Position numbers and translations under genes: made by a program. The notes below the pieces were generated by a model. That model was not told the origin of the DNA. It did not search any database and was given only the letters and a program-made list of their open reading frames with translations. A DNA stretch of 60,556 nt, the filler included, from Dugesia japonica (Eukaryota): the NCBI GenBank assembly GCA_001938525.1. It is 5 parts of 5 records of this genome, joined end to end, with 100 filler letters (N's around TTAATTAATTAA, not from the genome) between each part and the next. Parts side by side here need not be neighbours in the genome. Positions count along the whole stretch, not along the records: positions 45,223 to 60,556 come from MQRL01638571.1; 4 more parts are not named here. The stretch is one strand, 5' to 3'. Positions 52,331 through 60,556 of this stretch are shown here, piece after piece. The stretch's first letter is position 1, and every line of letters starts with the position of its first letter.

Positions 52331-52959
52331 TTTTCGTATAATCAAATTGATAGTAAAAGTTTACAGGGTAATTAACATTACACAACCTAGCTTAACTCAC
52401 TTATTTATTTCAATGTCGTATTTATAAGTAGTATAAAATTGATAATATCGCATTTTGCTAAGAGAAATCATGCATTGATTGAGTCTTATTTTCTGTAGAG
52501 TGATCCAGAGGGTTTGAGGAGGAATTCTACTTGAGGCATCTGCAACATACAACCATGTTAAATAAAGGTTGAATAAATCTATTAAAAATTAAGAAAATTG
52601 AAAGTGCACATTTTTTGTTTTTATTTGAAATTAAGTTTGAATTAAATTTATAAAGAATTTAAATTAAATTTTAATTTATTTGAATTAAATTTAAAAAAAA
52701 AAGATGAAAAAATAAAGAAAAGTAAAAGTTTTTATTTATTTCTTTTTGATTTAATAAATTATTATGAATTCACTTAGTTTTGATGTTAAATATTCAAACA
52801 CAAAATGACTGTTTCTCACAACATAATCCATCTTAGCTTTTACCATGATTATTTGAATTGTAGTGGTATTATGCTGGAAACAACCATCTGATACTTTAAC
52901 TTCGTTTTGACTAATAAAATAATAACAATACAAAGAGCCTATTGTTTTTTTATAATTGA

Positions 52960-54400
52960 AGAAATTCTTTAAGAAAAGTTATAGTAATGGGTCTCTAACA
53001 AGAAAAATGATGCGTTTTCTATTTTTACGAGTTACAGAAGCAGGTTCGTATCGAATATTTTTCACTGCTTGAGATCTTTTTGATTTATGATCATGATAAA
53101 TATAACAAGTGGAAAACCGTGATTTTAATCCAATTTATTTGATCAGCATGACTGATGTTATATAGGAATCGAATTCAAAATTTCATTATGACTGGAAATC
53201 TTTATATTTAGAAAACTGGAAATTCTCGATTTGTTATGTAGAGATTTCTTTAAGTCATGATTATATAAAAGAACTATAATATTCTCTAATTAAAGTGAAA
53301 ATCTCTGATAGTTTAGTCACATTTATTCTGTATTTATTTATTGTTATGAATAGTGTTCCTGATTCTCGATTTTTTCATTTTTCGAGAAGAGAAATATAAC
53401 AGTGATTTCTCGAAAATTATCAAGAAATCAAATTTTTTTTAGATCTTATATTAAAATGATTTGAATTTTTGTAATAAGGTTTTCAATAAATGGAGTTCTG
53501 TTAGCAACATAATTTAATGCCGTCTTAATACGACCACCATCAATCAATTTTACTTCTGCCAAAAATGCTCCATATAGTTGCATCATATCAATTTCACTAA
53601 TAAAACTAGGAGAAATACTTTTAACAACCACAATTTCTTTCATCAAACGTTTCTGTTTCCACACAATTTGTAAAAATATCTTACCAAGATATGATTCATG
53701 TTTTAAAGAAAAAACATCTAACTTCTATCTTCATCGTGCTAAGTGCTCCTATTCGGATTCATCTTTAGTCACTCATCACTGTTATTAATGCTCCAGAATC
53801 CCACAACATTTCAATATTACATCCCTTACAATTCATAATACTCCATTGCCGCCCTTCTATCTTTTGAAATATTCTAAATTCTTCAGCATTCATCTAATAT
53901 TCCTCTTTTTATATTTTTCATTAATAGACCTTATTGACTCAATTCCACCGACGAAATAGCAGAAAGCTGGTAGGAGTTTTTATATTTCACTACCATCAGT
54001 ATCATGGGTTTCGTATAAATTATTTTTCTCATTCACACTATGTGTTTCGTCGTGAATACATAATATTCTTCCTTTTTGATGGCTATTGGAAACTAAATAG
54101 CAATCTTTGAAGAAATTACCATTTTTACCAGAAATCAAACATTTTTTCTTCAGTGGACATTTATTTTGTCTATAGTTCATATTACCACAACAAAAGCGTG
54201 CATCTTGTAAAATTTCATTATAAGGTGTTTTACTCTTACACTAATTATAGAATTTCATTTCAATTATCTTCATTGATAGTTGCGTTTAATGGCTTGATGA
54301 GAAAAATCCCCATTATTGCTTGATTGTGACAATTTTTTATCCCGTTCTTTATAGGTAGTTTATTTTTTCTTTTACCTGAAGTTTAAAAATTTATTTAATT
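52960..54400 (-). mobile_element. Internally deleted Gypsy element of the same family as 1-3891
   Basis: Minus-strand IEMLWDSGA (53790-53816), knuckles FCCGNMNYRQNKCPLKKKCLISGKNGNFFKDC, EIVVVKSISPSFI (cf. EIIIVKDICPNFI at 1105), RYEP remnant. Confidence 0.82.
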
Positions 54401-55429
54401 CTTTTGGTGTTCAAAATGTATTTTCTTTTCCGAAGATTGATTATAATATCGAGGTTTAATGTGATGGGGAAAATAAAGGAATTTGTAATCAAATAGTAAA
54501 ATTTGATACCAAATGTTCAAGTAATTTAAAAATAGGAATGTCTAGACTAGATAAACTGGTATTATTACTTAACATTCGATAAAATATTTATATTTTACAT
54601 AATTCGATCTTAGTGAAAATAAAAACACGATTTATTCATATTTATATAATTACTTATTAAATTTCTTTTATCAGTCAAATTGCATTTGCTATTTTTATTA
54701 GTTTGCCCAATTAATAATTTTACATGACATTATCGATAGAATTTATGTTAAGTATTATTTCCTATTTATTTAGTGTCATATATTTATTGACATAATGATT
54801 ATATAACTTCTGTCTATTTCTGTAATACTTCTCAATTCATATTAATTTATAAATGGGAATTAATGAGATTATTGAGCCCAATATTTTTAATTTGAAACTG
54901 AATACTTTCATATTGATCCGCTATTTATTTGGCGACAGTAATTATTTATGCAAATAATTGCGTTATATAAATACATTCTCATATTTTCTTTATCATGTGG
55001 ATAATTTTTATCTAGTAAACAAAATTAAGTTAAATAATTTTGTACGTTTAAATAGATGCTAAAATATAACATAAGTTTCCATAATAAAATTTGAAGAATA
55101 TGTGCAAAATCAATGGGAAAATATGGTACATAAATGCAGTCATTCATCTTCTGTTATATCAATAATTGAGTCAACCGTTTCTTCCAGCATTCGTAAAACT
55201 GTTCTTGATTTATTGTATTCTACGATTGGTGTTTTTCATTGGCAAAGGTTCTTTGTCAATTCGATTTACAAACATTTATTGTTAATTAAAATAGCACTTA
55301 CATGAATCCTGATAATTCCGCATCACATATAATCTACCAGACATAGAGTCAGAGCATCGTCATATTTCCATCCTGGGGTTACATCTTCCCTGTTTTACTA
55401 TTTTCGCACATTTTATTATTTTATTTCAC

Positions 55430-55950
55430 ACACGTAACGACGGTCGTTTCTTAAGCCTGCCTCAAACGATCTAATTGCTGGCAATATTTTTCGGCAGAAA
55501 CGGTTTGGCCCATATTTAACAATTTATAGTATATGACCTCATGTATGTCCCACCAGAAATACAACATTACTTTCTTCGGTGTAAACCTTGTTTAGTTGTA
55601 GTTAGGTATCCATTGACCTCTGTTGTCCGGATTGACATAGAGAATCCATTTCTCATTTTCAATCACCACACAAAAATGGACACAATTTCTTTCTGATCAA
55701 TAATGAAGACGAGATGGTAATTCTATGCAAAAGGTTCTGTTGAGACAGTTTGTTCGAAACACAAACAGTATGAAAAAAACTTTCCAATAGACTTCAAATG
55801 GATTTAAACTATTGTGTCATGTTTGCCAAGGATTTGCCCCAACTCAAGATATGTCATTGCAAAAGTTTTTATCAGAAGAAAGAACTCATCTCTAGAATGT
55901 TTCTAACCTGTTTGAGCTGTATCTAAAATTAGACTTTTTAGTTTATCATA
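55430..55950 (-). pseudogene. Second mariner transposase fragment
   Basis: Minus-strand ENEKWILYVN and KKVMLYFWWDIHEVIYYKLLNMGQTVSAE/YCQQLDRLRQA. Confidence 0.85.
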
Positions 55951-58900
55951 GTAAATTTTAATCATCTCATGGGACAATAATAAAAAAATCAAAAAATAAG
56001 TCAAATTTTACATGATTTTGTACATTATTTAATACAATCGTATTCTTATAAGTCTCTTCATGGTATAAATACATATATAACGCTGATTAAAATGAAATAT
56101 TAATTTTTTTCATTTAACTATTTTAATGTACTTAACAATAGAGAAAATGTGTTATGTTAAATATACAAGGGCAGTTCAATAATTCTCTGAAGAATAAAAA
56201 AAATTTCAGGACTGGCGTTCCGTACCTTTTATTAATAAATAAAGTTAGTGAAAAGTAAAAATATAAAACTTTAGAAATATTTAAATTTGTTTTAATTAAA
56301 TCGTAATTTAATATTATCAAACTAATCATTTCACCCATTTTTTGGAAATAATGTTTTCTATAAAATATATGATATATAAATATATAAAATATAACTTAAA
56401 CAATTCGAGTAATTTTTTTTTATTTAATATGATAATTAGAAATTCAAAATTTTTCTTTTAAAATAAAATTTTTATATGCAGTTGTTATAATTTAACTAAA
56501 TATTTAACAAATCCCTTTAGTATTTTTTACGACTACTAAACTCAGTTAATAAATTTTTAAAATAAATTCATCATATTTTTTGATTCAAATTCTTCTTAAA
56601 AGATTTTATCAAATATCATTTCTGAGATAAAAAGTAACTTGAAACAGTTCAAAATAACAGAAAATATATTTTGGATTTTTGTTTTAAATAAAGTGTTGAA
56701 GTAAAGTTTTTCAATAGAAATCAGGAAAATTTTATAATAAGGAATAATTTAGAAATTGTCATTATTTTGAAAATGTTATAGTTTTCGGCGATTGTAATAT
56801 ATATAGTCTTAGAATTTATGGAGTCAGATAACAATTATTAGTTGCTGAATATCTGATTGCTTTGATTTTGTGTTTTTAAATTTGTTTGTTTCCCTAATAA
56901 ATATTGGTTTTATAGTATAGGTTACTGTTGAAAAACTTTATAGCTCAATAACTACATTTATAGAGAAATCACAACAGTAAAATTATATAAATTATAATTT
57001 TTATAGATTTTTTAACAATACTTTTGAAATATAAAAATTGTAAAATATTATGGAGCAAGGTACTTTGTTTGGTTTTAATTTTGCAAAAGTCTTTATCTTA
57101 TCCTATCGATTAATATGACTGCTTTTTGATTCTATTGATAAAATAGTAAGTTTGTTTTCTTGTTTCGTGATCAGTTTTGAAAAACTTCGTTTGCGTGATT
57201 TAACTGTTACTGAAATTGACAAATAAATACAAATATATAAATTTGAATATTTTCTTCGGTTGATCATAAAATTACATTAGAAGAGAAGTGTTTCTTACTT
57301 CCATTTCCAAAACTAACATTTTACCATTGGTTATATTATATTTACATAGGCAAATTATTAAATATATTAAAATATCTTATTAAATAAAATAATTTTAAAC
57401 AATAAAACTATTTTATTGAGGGCAAAAAACGGAAGTATTGCCAATTTTTTTCGTTTATGTTGAAAATATATTGTAATACGGAGTTGAATTCAAAATAATT
57501 TACGGTTTCAGAAAATGTCTTATGACAAGGTGTAAAAATACTCTTGGGTTAATCATTTTTTTAATTGTTCATTTTACTTATATGGGTTTTATAATTTTCT
57601 TTGGTTTTAATTTTTGTTAAAAAATGTTTTTTACAATTTTTATCACATATTTACATCAATCAAAATGTGACTAAAATAACAAACCCTCATATAAATCTGC
57701 TTCGTATTCGTTCCCTCTAATCACTTACAGGATTTGATATTTTGCATTCTATATAAATAATTTAAATTTATTTTTCAACATAAATTAGGATATTTTCTCT
57801 AATTTTAATTTTAATAATATTTAATTGAATTAAACTTTTAATAATTTATATATATATTTATTTTTATTATATAAATATATTATATATTATTTTTTAAAAT
57901 TATTTTCTTACAATTCCAAGACATTAAATTTGCCAAAGGTGGTTTAATAAAATGATATTTTACGAAATTAGATTTTTTGTCTTGAAGATTGACATTCACC
58001 GTATTGTCTTCATCTGTGAATATGTAGATACATATTTTGTTGATAATTTGTTAAATTTTGACTTAAGTGATTTGCTTTTATAAAGATTTATTTAGTTTCT
58101 TTAAAAAAATTTGTAGAAAATTTCATAACGGTTTTGTAATTTTGGCAATGTCATAACGTAATTTTATAAAAAATATTTTCCAACATGTTTTATTGTAAAT
58201 ACACTAGAGTTTTAAAAAGATTTAAAGCCATAAAACATGTCTTAGAGTAAGTTTAGATTAAAAATAAATCTTATATAAATGTGAACTTCTTTTACTAGTT
58301 TTTATTTTATTACGAAGTAAAAATTATTTAATTTAATTATTTAGTAATTAATTAATTGTTAATTAATTAATTAAATCATATTTCTAGTCATTATTTAATT
58401 ATTTATATATGAAACTCATTTTTCTTGTTAGTATTCTGTAGGGAAAATATTTTCATTATTTCTGTTTTTTTAAGTCGTACCTCTTAAAAACTTTGATGTT
58501 CTTATCGATATTCTTATCATTATAAACAGTCATTATTTCTCAAACGCGCAACTGACTTAAATATCTATGGGTTGTTTTAAAATAATTTTCCTGATAATAT
58601 CTATAGAGAATTACTCGAATGCTACATTCAAAAATAATGATGAATAATCGTTTATTACCTTCATCAAAATATTGGCAAAGAAAATTTTAGGCTCTATTTT
58701 AAATTCAATATGTTCACAAATACTGCTCATCAAATTGTAAATACAAGTATTTGTAATTAGATATGTTCAAAGGTTGTATTGAGTTCAAGATATCGATTGT
58801 AGATTAAATAAATAAAATTATGAAGACTAATTGAGCTCATTGAGCCCAACTACAAAACCATAATTTTAATTTACAATCCGCTATGAAAATTTCAGTGGAT

Positions 58901-59601
58901 ATCGAATAAAATAAACATAATAAGGGTATATTTTATTTTCAGTAACTAAACTTAAAATAAAATAAAATTAAGAGTAAACATCAATTTATCCACTTTTCCT
59001 GTTGTTTTATCGATATATTCTAAAATATATACTCAAATAAAATGTATTGTTCTCTAAACTGCCATAGCAGAATAATTTCAGTGACATTATAATTAACGAC
59101 AAATAAATTCATTTTTTATAAGATATTTTAATTTATTTAAACATTTTCATTTGCCCTTTATCTCGAATGTTACCTAAAATATTGGATTTTGCATTTTAAT
59201 TTTAAAAAATATTTTTTTGTTTTAATATTTACATTTTTATCAAGGTATGTTTAAAACCATAGCTTCAAATTAATAATTAACCACTTACATAATAATGGTA
59301 TTTCACACTAATTAAATACTTGATTTAGAAGAAGACTAAAATAATCTTATTGTTTATCATTGTATTGTCTATTAATTTCATTCCAATAAAGAGTTTCACA
59401 TTTTCATCATTCCACTATTGGTAATGAATGACATTTGCTTAGTTATCATTTTCATTATAAAGAAGAATAGAAATTCTGCGAATTTCAACAGATACTTTTT
59501 ATTTTATAGAAATTGAATTTTAGAAATTTTAGAAATAAAAATTATTGAATTTTTTTTCAATGTATTATTGAAAGTAATAATGATTTTTCTAATAATCTCA
59601 G

Positions 59602-59676
59602 GCTTGAATATCTCATCAGAAACAACTGTCATTCATCTAATAATGCGAGAGAACGTACCAAAACCAGCAAAACAAA
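59602..59676 (+). CDS. UBL3: UBL3 penultimate coding exon (final CAAX exon not seen in window)
   Basis: CAG acceptor; SLNISSETTVIHLIMRENVPKPAKQ vs human ALKLPFGKTTVMHLVARETLPEPNSQ; GTAA donor at 59677; phases consistent with the upstream exon. Confidence 0.88.
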
Positions 59677-60289
59677 GTAACGTTTTACTTATATACTTAA
59701 TTAAATTAATTTTATTTAATTAATTTTTCTAATTTTAAAATAAATTTTAAAATTTGAAACTTTTATTAAATGTTTTGAACATTATCTAAATTTTTTTGAA
59801 TTAATTAATAATTAATTAATTAAATTTTTTATTTAATTTTTATTGAAAATTTTTTTAAAATCTTTTTTTCAATAAGAAAATCTCGTACAACTTATTAAAA
59901 TGAAATATACTCGCTTCAAAAGGTTATTTATAAGTCATTTATTTAAAATTTATATTTACGAGGCATAGCTACAGCATCCATTTTCTTTGCCATTTCTCCT
60001 CATTGTCACCTTTTTTCAATCGTCATTTTTAAAAAGAAATAACAAATGAAGTAATCTATTCGTCTTTAAAATTTTTACAATAATTTTTAAATAAAAAAAC
60101 AAAAATAGACTTGATGAGAAGAAAATAAAAATGATTATTTATAATAAATATTATTTATGTTTGTTTGACTCTTTTCATTTTGAACAAATCTTTCAACCGC
60201 TACATTTTGCACGAGTACCGAATTTGGTGGTAAATTGAGTAGATAATTGATTATAATCAATATAACGCATATTTATCGCATTTCTTCAG

Positions 60290-60360
60290 TATACTAATAA
60301 TAAAAATACTACTACTACTACTAATAATAATAATAATATTAATTATTATTATTATTATTG
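60290..60360. repeat. (TAC)n/(TAA)n/(ATT)n simple repeat, possibly the tail of a minus-strand LINE running off the window end
   Basis: Direct reading; more GC-rich sequence begins right after. Confidence 0.6.
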
Positions 60361-60556
60361 TTGGGGTGAAACACCTGGTATCGAAAATAAAAATGGCAAT
60401 AAGTATACTCGAAATTTAAAAAATGGTCGTCAGAAAAGAAAGCAACGCACTCGGACCTAGGAAGAACATAATTCCGTGAAAGGAAAAGATAATTAAAAGG
60501 AAAACCAAGATTGGTAGCTAAAACCAACGAAACAACCAACAAAACCCAAAATTTAC

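Noticed and set aside
55100-55400. Nested antisense host gene with AG/GTAAGT-bounded exon
   Set aside because: All three frames of the candidate exon contain stops and no protein family was recognised.

Overview
Very AT-rich eukaryotic (probably invertebrate animal) DNA, not prokaryotic. The window is five separate scaffolds joined by four 100-bp artificial linkers (N44-TTAATTAATTAA-N44), so adjacency across linkers is meaningless. Most of it is decayed mobile DNA: at least six Ty3/Gypsy LTR remnants (one with the Gmr1-type PR-IN-RT order), two mariner, one Tc1/IS630 DD34E, one hAT and one piggyBac relic, an RTE-like LINE, an R2/NeSL-like endonuclease relic, and scattered Polinton/adintovirus genes (pPolB, major and minor capsid, chromodomain integrase). 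The only recognisable host gene is UBL3, with a 52-nt intron and a 9.7-kb TE-filled GC-AG intron. The most unusual signal is the RTE-like element at ~36.7-40.6 kb: an apparent HDV-like ribozyme at its 5' end, three tandem copies of a covarying multi-hairpin motif in its 5' region, and an array of four repeated hairpins in its 3' region. All assignments come from manual translation and motif recognition; no database searches were run.
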